Made by a program: the position numbers and the translations under genes | Virus record (IMG/VR): IMGVR_UViG_3300006169_000011 | Location: 1-44,813 of that record | From: a virus | Lineage: Duplodnaviria > Caudoviricetes | Length of the DNA: 44,813 nt | Reading direction: 5' to 3' (one strand) | In this document: piece by piece, positions 29,801-38,061 of the stretch | How positions within the stretch are numbered: the first letter of the stretch is position 1 | How the letters are laid out: each line of letters begins with the position of its first letter | The notes under the pieces: generated by a model | The model's input: only the letters and a program-made list of their open reading frames with translations | The model's database searches: none | What the model was told of the DNA's origin: nothing

Positions 29801-30142
29801 TACGTCTTCCTTATCGCCAACAACAGAGTAGCAAGATATGTCAGCGTCAACGACCTCAGCATCGGTGACGGCTCAGAGTTTGAGGAATTCCTGAAGGCAA
29901 CGGAGTTCCCAGACATTCCTGACAGCATGGTCAGGGTGGTGTCCTTCAGGACACGCAAGACGAAGGCCGGAAAACTCATGGCCGATGCAGTGTTTGCTGA
30001 CAACCAGAAGGAACTTATGGGGGCGATGATTTTCCCCCAGCAATACCACAAGGCTTTCGGCAAGTGCAAGGAAGGGGCGGTAGTCGATGTTCAGTTCGAT
30101 GAAACTCAGGACGGAAGCATATTTGTGAGAAACGTACTTTAG
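26822..30142 (+). CDS. dnaE: DNA polymerase III alpha subunit (family C, DnaE)
   Basis: PHP domain HLHVHS/TDHG/DCHY; GRGSAAGS; PDIDIDF; KQDFLGL; YSFNKSHA. Confidence 0.97.
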   Translation: MTFSHLHVHSYFSLMDGLSSPRELLEAAKAQGQSALAITDHGTMSGHRDFQREAKNLGMKPVLGLEAYISPTTLDDRRPVAKRDDNTKLYNHIILLAKDANGYRNLSNLSEIAWTQGFYSKPRIDRAVLAENRDGLIVLSGCMTGLISKAIENGNEDQANDLTRWFKETFEENFYMEIQPHNPVELNMGLLELADRFNIRPVVTGDCHYAKEEDRWREEAMLILSTGPNINRKATYESAKAQPNIFARLNHLYPDRAISFQDIDVFVTSEDQIAKALRNACIDRADVIENTARITDSVGEYDYHEKGEFLPRPKTDNPSALLRKKAYEGLKRRGLHESKPHVDQLNVELKVFSDLDFDPYIIMVANAVSWAKKQGIRVGPGRGSAAGSVVCYALDITDEDPLAHNLLFFRFVNPERMAAGELPDIDIDFEDRRRNEVKEYARRQYKDVASIATFGRFQGKNSVKDASRVFNVPLGDVNRALKAVHTDPAETFFDRWEATPAGKKFKRDYPEVVGLAQFLHGRIRQIGVHAGGLIVSREPINQYAPIQTVAEKGNPNRVPLVALDMEDVAGIGFVKQDFLGLKSLSVIEDTVRLIKERHGIEIDTARIPRDDARVYKMLSEGYTKGVFQCEQPAYTGMLIKMGGVKNFDELAASNALVRPGAMDSTAGAAFIARKNGRQTVQYHHPDMVEFTKETYGTIIYQEQVMLTMTELAGMSMGTADKVRKIIGKKRDVREFEQYKEEFVEGASRKVSRLVAEKLWHDFEAHANYSFNKSHAVVYSLLSYWTAWFKVNYPIEFMASVLSNEGEKESLLDYLIETKRLGIEVMLPHINRSGVNFEIQQDGDSEAIRFGLSNIKNISDTGARRLIDRRPFSTYNELYEIVMAKGSGLNARMLQGLNAVGGAAFRDNPRTGNERENFYEYLNIPAFEHKVLPPSMVVQFRPLDEFDPTDAFVSRAMVRSIKTGPGWARLDLVDESGTAGVFTDENTPIESGNMYVFLIANNRVARYVSVNDLSIGDGSEFEEFLKATEFPDIPDSMVRVVSFRTRKTKAGKLMADAVFADNQKELMGAMIFPQQYHKAFGKCKEGAVVDVQFDETQDGSIFVRNVL

Positions 30143-30149
30143 GAGAAGT

Positions 30150-30386
30150 ATGACTAACGAAGTTGAGGACTTGCGTAAGCAACTCATCGGGGTACAGGAA
30201 ATGCTGGCCCTGGTGCTGAAGCAGGTCGGTCAGCCAGTGGTTGTGACTGGCAAGACAATCCGCGAAGGTCTGCCCGCAGGGGTAGGAATCAGCGTAGAGC
30301 AGGACATTGAGAATGACTGCTTCATATTCAGTTTGGAGAATCACGCAGATGGTGTCCCTCAGGAACCTAGCGGACAGGATTCATAA
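30150..30386 (+). CDS. Hypothetical protein
   Basis: SD AGGAG, 78 aa. Confidence 0.55.
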   Translation: MTNEVEDLRKQLIGVQEMLALVLKQVGQPVVVTGKTIREGLPAGVGISVEQDIENDCFIFSLENHADGVPQEPSGQDS

Positions 30387-30675
30387 CACAGCAAAGATGA
30401 AGGGGTTCTGGAAGGCCCCGACCATGATGGACGTGTACGTCGCCAAAATCTGTCTCATCATCAGTGAGGGCGTGGAAATTATGGAGGCTCTACGCAAGGA
30501 CCAGGGTGCCCAGAAGGTCACCGAGGAATTTGCCGACCTCTTCATCCGTGCTCTGGACGTGCACCATACACTAGCCCAGGCAGGACTAGCAGACCCTAAT
30601 CTTGAACTGGCGATACAATCGAAAATGGAGAAGAATGACCGTAGGCCAGTCATGCACGGGCATCGCTGGGGTTGA
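30349..30675 (+). CDS. mazG: MazG-like nucleotide pyrophosphohydrolase
   Basis: LIISEGVEIMEALRK...EEFAD..IR.LD...KMEKN..R. Confidence 0.8.
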   Translation: MVSLRNLADRIHNTAKMKGFWKAPTMMDVYVAKICLIISEGVEIMEALRKDQGAQKVTEEFADLFIRALDVHHTLAQAGLADPNLELAIQSKMEKNDRRPVMHGHRWG

Positions 30676-30700
30676 GATTCTAAGTGACTTGTGGTATAAT
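30672..30700 (+). promoter_or_regulatory. Promoter for recA operon
   Basis: TTGAGA-17-TATAAT with TG extension. Confidence 0.75.
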
Positions 30701-30710
30701 TGAAGGTGAT

Positions 30711-31706
30711 ATGACCGATATTGACGAGATTCTGGCTAGGCTGAACCCCTCCGTTCGTGAGAAGGTTCTGAAGGCCCTAGACACCACAAGCGATAAACAA
30801 GAACTGCCGAGCATTGGACTTACAAGAACACTCGGTGGCGGCATAGGATACGGCAGGCAGACATTACTTTGGGGAAACCGTTCAAGCGGCAAGACCCTGT
30901 TTGCCTTACAGACGGTCTCCAAGGCCCAGCAGGAAGGCAAGGGCTACGCCTGGATTGACGGCGAGCGCAACTTCGACAAAGATTGGGCCGGTAGGCTGGG
31001 TGTAGACAACGACCAACTAATAGTATCACAAGTAACAAGCATATCAGATGTAGCAGACGCGGTATCAGATATGATTAGAGCGGGGGTAGACGGTGTAGTA
31101 ATCGACTCTATCTCCGCTCTACTTCCATCATCGTTCTTCAGTGACAAGGATGAAATGAAGCCAATGGAGAATACCGGCCAGATTGGTCAGTTCTCCAAAG
31201 ACATAGGAACGCTGTCCAAGATGATTAACTCCATCAACCACAAGGCGGCGCTCATCCTTATCTCCCAGGTCAGGACGAACCTAGGCGGCTATGTGGCAAT
31301 GCTGAAGCCTATGGGCGGACTCACGATTGACCACATGAACAGCACAAGCATCAAACTTTGGAGCAACACATCAGATGTTAAACAAATTAAGGGAGAGATT
31401 AGGAACGGAGATTATCTGTATAAGGCACCAATCGGACGGAAGGTTGATTGGTTTGTGGACAAGAACAGGGGTCCTGGTATGGGAATGTCAGGAGCCTACG
31501 ACCTTTACTATGCAGGAGATTTCGTTGGAGTTGATACCTACGGAGAACTTATTGACCTTGGCGTCGAGTTAGGCAAGGTCCAGAAGAAAGGAACCTCCTG
31601 GTACACCATATACGGAGAGCAGTTGCAGGGTAAGACAGAAGCCTCCAAGTATCTCCGAGAGACACCAGAGATTTTCGAGAAACTGAAGGGTGATATTCTT
31701 GACTAA
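30711..31706 (+). CDS. recA: RecA-like recombinase
   Basis: GGGIGYGR, Walker A GNRSSGKT, WIDGE, VIDS, ISQVR, GSWY-like C-terminal motif. Confidence 0.93.
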   Translation: MTDIDEILARLNPSVREKVLKALDTTSDKQELPSIGLTRTLGGGIGYGRQTLLWGNRSSGKTLFALQTVSKAQQEGKGYAWIDGERNFDKDWAGRLGVDNDQLIVSQVTSISDVADAVSDMIRAGVDGVVIDSISALLPSSFFSDKDEMKPMENTGQIGQFSKDIGTLSKMINSINHKAALILISQVRTNLGGYVAMLKPMGGLTIDHMNSTSIKLWSNTSDVKQIKGEIRNGDYLYKAPIGRKVDWFVDKNRGPGMGMSGAYDLYYAGDFVGVDTYGELIDLGVELGKVQKKGTSWYTIYGEQLQGKTEASKYLRETPEIFEKLKGDILD

Positions 31707-31911
31707 CCCATATGCAGCCCTGGTGGGCAACGCCAAGCCCAAGAACAGTGAGAAGATAGGCGGAAACTTCCTCTGCGAGAGGCCGGTAGACTCTTTGGGT
31801 AGACCCTGCTGGGAATCCGCAAACGAGGCGGTATACTACCCAGATGACAAGATACTCGTCTTCGTCTGTCCAAAAGGACACACAACGACATTAGAGAAGT
31901 TCAGGCTATGA
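31699..31911 (+). CDS. Small Cys/His hypothetical protein
   Basis: C..C..CPKGH; coupled to recA. Confidence 0.55.
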   Translation: MTNPYAALVGNAKPKNSEKIGGNFLCERPVDSLGRPCWESANEAVYYPDDKILVFVCPKGHTTTLEKFRL

Positions 31912-32216
31912 GCGAGCGCAACGAGATAAAGAGGGATGGCGCACGCCCGCAGAAGAACTCAGGGCGCGGTAGAGACAAGGGCGATGCCATTCTAGGCCCT
32001 TTCTGCTATGATGTAAAAGAGTTCAGCATGGTGTTCTCAATCTCCCAGAACGTATGGGGAAAGGTGTGCACCGATGCCCTCAGAGCCAGGAAAGAGCCAG
32101 CCCTGAAAATCGTCCTGGGCAGAGGAAACGACAAGACCCGGCTATGGGTCATATCAGAGGACATGATGAATGAAATGCTAGACGCATGGAGGGACAAGTA
32201 CAATGGTGGTAGTTAA
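31908..32216 (+). CDS. PD-(D/E)XK Holliday junction resolvase-like protein
   Basis: E......NSG....KGD......DVKE pattern. Confidence 0.7.
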   Translation: MSERNEIKRDGARPQKNSGRGRDKGDAILGPFCYDVKEFSMVFSISQNVWGKVCTDALRARKEPALKIVLGRGNDKTRLWVISEDMMNEMLDAWRDKYNGGS

Positions 32217-32547
32217 CGACGACACACCGCTGGGCTACCTAAGCCAGATTCAGGACTTGGTTGACTTGCACGACTATCTGCAAGATGACGAGTTTGCCAA
32301 TGCGTGCGACCGTGCGCTGAAGTGCATCGCCAAGCCCATGATTCCCGACGCCAAAATCGGGCCGCTGATTGTCGAACTACAGGCTTACTCCTTCCAGTTC
32401 CATCTAAAGGCCAACACATACAATGGACTGAAGGCAAACGGAACAAAACAGAACAGAGACAAGAAGAACGCATACTACGCAATGTACGACGCCCTTGACA
32501 GGCTGGTGGACGCCTTGAAGATTCAGGCGAGGTTCGGACGTGGCTAA
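32203..32547 (+). CDS. Hypothetical protein
   Basis: 114-aa helical ORF coupled to neighbours. Confidence 0.6.
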   Translation: MVVVNDDTPLGYLSQIQDLVDLHDYLQDDEFANACDRALKCIAKPMIPDAKIGPLIVELQAYSFQFHLKANTYNGLKANGTKQNRDKKNAYYAMYDALDRLVDALKIQARFGRG

Positions 32548-33320
32548 TGGATAACATAACCCCAGGTAGAAACTTCAACCCGGCCTCAGGAGACTTCGAT
32601 GTAGCCACCATGAACAAGTTGCTGGACGACGCCTACCTCCAGCAGCGCCGAGCGGACAGTGACAAGGCGAAGAAATCCTTTGCCCCTTCCGGCCTCGGCT
32701 GGGGTTCAGGAAACTGTCCTAGATTCTGGTACTACTCATTCAAGGGCGGTATCACAAGAGTAGACGACAATGACGCCAAGAGTATAGCAAACATGGCCTA
32801 TGGAACACAGGCTCATGACCGCATCAAAGACTTGTTCAAGCGGGCGGAAGTGCTAATTGACGACGAGATTAAGGTAAACTCTTCCGACCCTCCCATCTTC
32901 GGATTCGTTGACCTGCTCATTCGATGGCAGAACGAGTCCGTCCCAGGTGAGATAAAGACGGCCAAGCAGGAGTCTTTCAATATCCGCAAGGCAAACAAGC
33001 GCCCACCAGGCTACCACCTTATCCAACTTCTCATCTACATGAGACTGATGAACAAGCAAAAAGGTTTCTTCCTTTACGAGAACAAGAACACACAGGAGTT
33101 GCTGGTAATCCCGGTAACCTGGACGGACGCAAACACCAAACTTGTAGACGATGTGTTCGACTGGATGAGACAGACCTACAAGGCTTTCGAGGAAGACAAG
33201 GCTCCCAAGCGTCCGTTCACCATCAAGAGCAAGACCTGTAAAGAATGCCCATTCTACAAGAACTGCTGGGAAGACCCAGAGGGCAAGGTTGAAATCCCAC
33301 CACTGGAGTTGCCGAAGTAA
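32547..33320 (+). CDS. Cas4-family (PD-(D/E)XK, Fe-S) exonuclease
   Basis: PS..G..CPR, GT..H, GFVD, EIKT, QL.IY, CKECPFYKNC. Confidence 0.88.
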   Translation: MDNITPGRNFNPASGDFDVATMNKLLDDAYLQQRRADSDKAKKSFAPSGLGWGSGNCPRFWYYSFKGGITRVDDNDAKSIANMAYGTQAHDRIKDLFKRAEVLIDDEIKVNSSDPPIFGFVDLLIRWQNESVPGEIKTAKQESFNIRKANKRPPGYHLIQLLIYMRLMNKQKGFFLYENKNTQELLVIPVTWTDANTKLVDDVFDWMRQTYKAFEEDKAPKRPFTIKSKTCKECPFYKNCWEDPEGKVEIPPLELPK

Positions 33321-33332
33321 GGTGGTGATACA

Positions 33333-33617
33333 ATGAAGTGTGCAAGAGACGGATGTGAAGTTGAATTTTCTCAGAAAACTCACAATCAACGTTATCATGA
33401 CGCAGAATGCTGTCGGCTGGCAACAAACGAACGCCTGAAAGTCAAATACCATGAGGGTCGAGCCCGCAGGCGAGGGGCGGTACGGCTCTGTGCGGTGTGC
33501 GGAACAACCCGACTATCAAGATACAATGAGAGTAGAGTATGCTCAGGCTGTGAGGACAGCCACAGAAAGGAACTGAATAGGGGACTGGCAGATTTGCTGG
33601 AATCAATAGCATCATAA
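33333..33617 (+). CDS. Zinc-binding hypothetical protein
   Basis: C.RDGC..H..C and CAVC..CSGC. Confidence 0.6.
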   Translation: MKCARDGCEVEFSQKTHNQRYHDAECCRLATNERLKVKYHEGRARRRGAVRLCAVCGTTRLSRYNESRVCSGCEDSHRKELNRGLADLLESIAS

Positions 33618-34195
33618 TGGTACTGGAAGGACTGAAAAAGACACAGGCTTCAAGGGTTATGGGAATCGACTGTTCGACACATAGCCTGGCCTTCACGGTA
33701 TTCTGGAACAGACGTCCCGTCAAGTGGGGCAAGATAAACTTCAACGGGTCAGATGTTTTCGAGAGGCTCTCCGACGCAGCCGACAAGATTCGGGCGGTAG
33801 CCAAGGATTTCGATGTTGACTACATAGCCTTTGAGTCCGCTATTCTAGCCAAGGTACAGAATGCTGACGTAACGATAAAACTAAGCATGATGTACGGCGT
33901 GGTAATAGCAGAACTCCTGAAGACCGGGACGAAGGTAATCACAGTAAAGCCTCTGGAATGGCAGTCCTTCATAGACAACCCCAACTTCACCAAGGCCCAG
34001 AAAGACGAAGTAAAGAAACAGTACCCCGGGTACTCAGCGGGCTGGTACTCAAACAAAATCAGGGAACTGAGAAAGCAGAAGACCATGGACTATTTCAACA
34101 AGAAGTGGCCGAAGATGAACCTCAGCGACAACGACGTCGGTGACTCTGCTGGCATAGCCTACTTTGCCTACTACCGCTTGACTAAGCGGGGCTAG
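33617..34195 (+). CDS. ruvC: RuvC-like Holliday junction resolvase
   Basis: VMGIDCS, IAFE, DND..DS.GI acidic motifs. Confidence 0.82.
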   Translation: MVLEGLKKTQASRVMGIDCSTHSLAFTVFWNRRPVKWGKINFNGSDVFERLSDAADKIRAVAKDFDVDYIAFESAILAKVQNADVTIKLSMMYGVVIAELLKTGTKVITVKPLEWQSFIDNPNFTKAQKDEVKKQYPGYSAGWYSNKIRELRKQKTMDYFNKKWPKMNLSDNDVGDSAGIAYFAYYRLTKRG

Positions 34196-34206
34196 GGGAG
34201 TACAAT
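34178..34206 (+). promoter_or_regulatory. Promoter
   Basis: TTGACT-17-TACAAT. Confidence 0.7.
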
Positions 34207-34265
34207 GGTAGGCGTGAGACGATTTATTCGATGGTTTTGGAGCAGAACATACAGCAAGGAATATC

Positions 34266-34748
34266 GTGACTACTATTGCGGTTAGTGGGCATCGGCCTGA
34301 GAAGATAGAAGATAAGATAGACGTAAAGGTGTTCTTCCAGAGGGAATTTGAGCGCCTTTCACCCGAGAGGGTCATTCAAGGCTGCGCAGCAGGCTGCGAC
34401 CTCTGGGCCGGTGAAGTGGCAATTGGGATGGGAATTGACCTGACCAGTGCAAAACCCTGGGCTGGCTTCCGCCCGAGACAACTAGACCGAGAACTCTACA
34501 AGTATGTCATCGACAACTCCAAGGAGGTCGTTGATGTGACTGAATACGAGAACTACCCCGGCCCATGGGTGTACCAAGTACGTAACAAGTGGATGGTTGA
34601 CCATGCTGATATTGTGGTGGCTGTCTGGGACGGCACACCGGGCGGTACCGCCAATTGTGGCAACTACGCAGCCGACAAGAACATTCCTATTATACGTTAC
34701 CACCCCGTACTTAAGTGGGTCAAGGAAACAAACGCACGATGGGTGTGA
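34266..34748 (+). CDS. SLOG-family (YspA/DprA-like) protein
   Basis: IAVSGHRP, GCAAGCD, RNKWMVD..D..VAVWDG..GGT.N. Confidence 0.85.
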   Translation: MTTIAVSGHRPEKIEDKIDVKVFFQREFERLSPERVIQGCAAGCDLWAGEVAIGMGIDLTSAKPWAGFRPRQLDRELYKYVIDNSKEVVDVTEYENYPGPWVYQVRNKWMVDHADIVVAVWDGTPGGTANCGNYAADKNIPIIRYHPVLKWVKETNARWV

Positions 34749-34903
34749 AACTCTATCAGTCAAAGGCTTGGCTGACGAGAAAATACCAGCGTGAGCACCT
34801 AGACGCCAAGCAAATTGCAGCGTTGTGCAACACGACTGAGGTAACAATCTGGCGCTGGCTCGACCGCTTCGGATTGATACGACACAGGAGAAACTTGAAG
34901 TGA
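34739..34903 (+). CDS. Small HTH protein
   Basis: WL...Y......KQIAALCNTTEVTIWRWLDRFGL. Confidence 0.7.
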   Translation: MGVKLYQSKAWLTRKYQREHLDAKQIAALCNTTEVTIWRWLDRFGLIRHRRNLK

Positions 34904-35391
34904 GCAGAGAACTAATCTTCGTAGACACAGAAACTACGGGGTTTGACGCACAGACGGAGCGTCTGGTAGAATTGTCCTGGGGACGTGAGACGGGGCCGGT
35001 AAACACATTGTATTTTGGTGTCAAAGAGGTACCGCCCCACATTGATGAACTCATAGCCTTCACCGAACGTGAGATTTCTGGAATGACCTCAGCACTCCAA
35101 GAGTTCACAGATTTCTTCGACGCGACTCGTGGCAATACAATGGTATCAGCCAACCCACCATTCGACCGTTCGTTTCTAGCGGAGAACAATCTATGGCTTT
35201 TCAGTTACCGCTCGTTGGATATCGAGTCCTACGCAATGGCGAAGTTGCGGCTTGACTATGTGCCAGGAATGAAGGACATTTATGAACTACTGACCGCTCG
35301 TGGTCACACCTTAGCAGAGCCGAGGCACACGAGTTGGAGTGACGTAATGGCCCTGAGAGAAGCATACACTATTCTAAGGGTTGGATATTGA
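34900..35391 (+). CDS. DnaQ-like DEDDh 3'-5' exonuclease
   Basis: FVDTETTG, N..FD..FL, H....D. Confidence 0.85.
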   Translation: MSRELIFVDTETTGFDAQTERLVELSWGRETGPVNTLYFGVKEVPPHIDELIAFTEREISGMTSALQEFTDFFDATRGNTMVSANPPFDRSFLAENNLWLFSYRSLDIESYAMAKLRLDYVPGMKDIYELLTARGHTLAEPRHTSWSDVMALREAYTILRVGY

Positions 35392-35981
35392 TTATTGGTC
35401 TAAGCGGGTACGCCCGCAGCGGAAAAGACGAGGCCGCAAAGGTCTTGGTTGAGCACTACGGATTCCGTAGGGTGGCATTTGCAGACAAGTTGAGAGAGTG
35501 CCTGTATGAATTGAATCCTATTGTTGGAATCTCTATGTGGGATAGGGCTGAACCAGAATTCATTTTAGACATGCCAACCGACACTCATCCGAAGGTGCAA
35601 GATGTTATTGACTACTACGGATGGGACGGTTATAAGGAAACCGCATTCGGTCCAGAAATCCGCAGGCTGCTCCAACGTTTAGGTACCGAGGCCGGTAGAA
35701 AGACATTATGGGATTCTATCTGGGTAGATGCTGCATTTGCAGGACTAGAGGGTGAAGATGTTTGCGTCCCAGACTGTAGATTTGAGAATGAATACGAAGC
35801 CATAAAAAGTCGGGGTGGGGAAGTTTGGAGGATAACACGTCCTGGCGTCGGCCCCGCCAATCTACACGCATCAGAAACATCATTAGACTCAGCAGAGTTT
35901 GACGCTGTTATTGAAAATGACGGCACTCTTCTTGACCTGAAAGAAAAAGTTGTTCGGTTTGCAAATGAAAGACTCTTGTAA
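35388..35981 (+). CDS. Deoxynucleoside monophosphate kinase
   Basis: GYARSGKD, FADKL, RRLLQRLGTE, DCRFENE, HASE. Confidence 0.9.
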   Translation: MIIGLSGYARSGKDEAAKVLVEHYGFRRVAFADKLRECLYELNPIVGISMWDRAEPEFILDMPTDTHPKVQDVIDYYGWDGYKETAFGPEIRRLLQRLGTEAGRKTLWDSIWVDAAFAGLEGEDVCVPDCRFENEYEAIKSRGGEVWRITRPGVGPANLHASETSLDSAEFDAVIENDGTLLDLKEKVVRFANERLL

Positions 35982-35987
35982 TATAAT
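35959..35987 (+). promoter_or_regulatory. Promoter of HNH gene, leaderless
   Basis: TTGCAA-17-TATAAT; ATG 6 nt after. Confidence 0.7.
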
Positions 35988-35993
35988 GAGCAC

Positions 35994-36662
35994 ATGGATA
36001 AATACTGCCCAGGGTGTGACCAAGATTTAGATATATCACGATTTGGTAAGAACCGTTCTACAAAGGATGGATTACAAAGTTATTGTAAGGAATGCCGTAA
36101 GCGCCTGACACAGACCAAATATGCCCAAGCAACCAGAGAATATCAAAGAGGTTATCGACGCCAAAACAGAGAATGGTTGTCAGAGTATTCAAAGGGTCGG
36201 TATCAAGAAAACCCAGAATATTACAAACAGAAGTCGAAAGAATGGAAGGCTGCAAACCCCGAACGAAAGAAAGAGTTGGATAGGCTCTGGAATCTAAATA
36301 ATCGAGAGCGAGCCAATGAAAATAGTAGGCGATGGGCTGCCGCTAACCGAGAAAAGCGAAAAGAGATTCTGCGAAAATACAATGAATCTCACCGTGAAGA
36401 ACTTAGAATAAGGTCTGTGCGCTATCGAGCACAGAAGCAAGAAAATGGGTGCGTGCCATACACAAAAGAACAACTGCTGGGTAAGTTACTAGTGTGGCGA
36501 TATCGCTGTTACCTATGCGATAAGCCATTAGATGATACATTGCATTGGGACCATGTAAAGCCTATATCAGCGGGCGGTATGGATATGCTCGCTAATTTAA
36601 GGCCGACTCATGGCAGATGCAATCAGAGCAAGGCGGCTCAATGGCCGCTGAAAGGAAGGTGA
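35994..36662 (+). mobile_element. Free-standing HNH homing endonuclease
   Basis: AT-rich; N-terminal CxxC..F...DGL.SYCKEC domain, charged helical spacer, CYLC..DHVKP..GG....NL...H..CN. Confidence 0.85.
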
Positions 36663-36668
36663 TTTAAT

Positions 36669-37285
36669 ATGGTCAAGCCAATGCGTATTGGGTTCGACCT
36701 TGATTAGACGGGGTTCTATACAACTTCGGAAACTCCGTAAAGAGATACCTCGACCACATAGGAAAGGGTGACCTCTGGAAGTCCGGTCCAACGGAAAGAC
36801 CATATTGGGACTTTTTCAAGGATTGGGGTTGGACGAGCAAGGAATTCGTAGACCTCTGCAACGCGGGAGCAGACGCGGGATTCATCTTCTGCGGTCCTTG
36901 CAGAGAGGGCGCGGTAGAGGCTGTGCAACTCGTCAAGGAACTAGGTCATGATGTTGTCATCATCACCGACCGCAGATTCGGAAGCAGCCCAGAGGTTTCT
37001 CAGAAGAACACCTACGAGTGGCTTGCACAGCACAATATTCCCTATGACGAACTGTGGTTCTCAGCAGACAAGACGGTTGTCCGAACTGACATGTTTGTAG
37101 AAGACAAAATCGAGAACTACGATGCTCTTGAAAAGGCCGGTACTGATGTGTACCTTATCAACAGAGCATGGAACTACATCGAAGGCGGTGACAACAGAAA
37201 GCGCATCCCCTCAGTCTCAGTCTATGCAGGCATAGTTGAACTGAAAACGTTTTGGGTTGCAAGAACTCAGCCACCTATGGTATAA
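36669..37285 (+). pseudogene. HAD-family 5'(3')-deoxyribonucleotidase interrupted in motif I (pseudogene or translationally recoded)
   Basis: MVKPMRIGFDLD-stop (36669-36707), then DGVLYNF...IITDR...K...DMFVEDK..N continuing in another frame to 37285. Confidence 0.8.
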
Positions 37286-37286
37286 T
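37257..37286 (+). promoter_or_regulatory. Promoter for terminase operon
   Basis: TTGCAA-18-TATAAT with TG extension. Confidence 0.65.
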
Positions 37287-37303
37287 TTACCTAGGAGGCC
37301 ATC

Positions 37304-37516
37304 ATGGTTTGCGAAATGCAGTATGGTAGCAATACCATCACACCAGGCACCTACATCAGATTCAAGAATACCCCAGGTGTCTTTAGGTTCAGAGGAATCG
37401 TTCATCAGGAAGATGAAGACAGAATTTTGTGTGTTGGACAGGAAGGAGACTACCACGCCTTTTCTGCCGCCCGATTCATGGGGCCGGTAATGAAAAGGAG
37501 CAGAAGATTCAAGTGA
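37304..37516 (+). CDS. Small hypothetical protein
   Basis: SD AGGAGG, 70 aa. Confidence 0.6.
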   Translation: MVCEMQYGSNTITPGTYIRFKNTPGVFRFRGIVHQEDEDRILCVGQEGDYHAFSAARFMGPVMKRSRRFK

Positions 37517-38061
37517 CAAGACTACCAGAGAAGGCCGAACGCTATGAGGACATGGACAAGATTGTCGGCATGTACGTCAAGCGACAAGGCCCTACAGAAA
37601 TAGCCAGGCAGACAGGATTCAAACGCGCCTATGTCGTGGAAATCCTCGATGAGTGGAAAGCCTCAGCCCGACACATGGACGAAATGCGAGACCGTGTGGC
37701 TGAGGCTATCCGTATTATGGAGGAACACTTCAACTTCCTCGTGCGTGAAGGCCACAAGACTCTCTCGCAGGTTGACGAGGAAATAGGCAACAACGGAATC
37801 GACCATCAGTTGCTATCCCAGAGGACGAAGGCGTCAGCCTTCCTGCTGGACCTGGAACAGAAGAAAATCGACACGCTACAGAAGGCCGGTCTGCTGGACG
37901 CAGCCGAGGTTGGCGACCAAGTTGCCGAAATGGAGCGTCGTCAGGGAATCATCGTTGACATTCTGAGAAATGAACTGTGCCCAGCCTGTCGTCAGAAGGT
38001 CATGCGCCGACTAGGAGAGGTAACAAATAAAACCGAGGTTGTCGTAGTGCATGAGCAATGA
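37513..38061 (+). CDS. Putative terminase small subunit
   Basis: GTG overlapping upstream stop; N-terminal HTH (PTEIARQTGFKRAYV) plus coiled coil; overlaps terL start. Confidence 0.65.
   Translation: MTRLPEKAERYEDMDKIVGMYVKRQGPTEIARQTGFKRAYVVEILDEWKASARHMDEMRDRVAEAIRIMEEHFNFLVREGHKTLSQVDEEIGNNGIDHQLLSQRTKASAFLLDLEQKKIDTLQKAGLLDAAEVGDQVAEMERRQGIIVDILRNELCPACRQKVMRRLGEVTNKTEVVVVHEQ

Noticed and set aside
26822-30142. Intein or split in dnaE
   Set aside because: Length (1106 aa) and motif spacing are those of an uninterrupted DnaE
32547-33320. Cas4-like gene suggesting a CRISPR system
   Set aside because: No repeat-spacer array or other cas genes; solo Cas4-family exonucleases are common in phage recombination modules
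34482-35189. 235-aa minus-strand ORF and the other antisense ORFs in the track
   Set aside because: They overlap well-supported + strand genes and show no recognisable domains; the whole window is co-oriented on +
35982-36710. Group I intron joining dNMP kinase or nucleotidase exons around the HNH gene
   Set aside because: The kinase is complete before the HNH, the nucleotidase has its own SD and start after it, and there is no non-coding space for a ribozyme core
36923-37285. Stand-alone 120-aa CDS as given in the ORF track
   Set aside because: It is only the C-terminal part of the HAD nucleotidase frame, which is open from 36704
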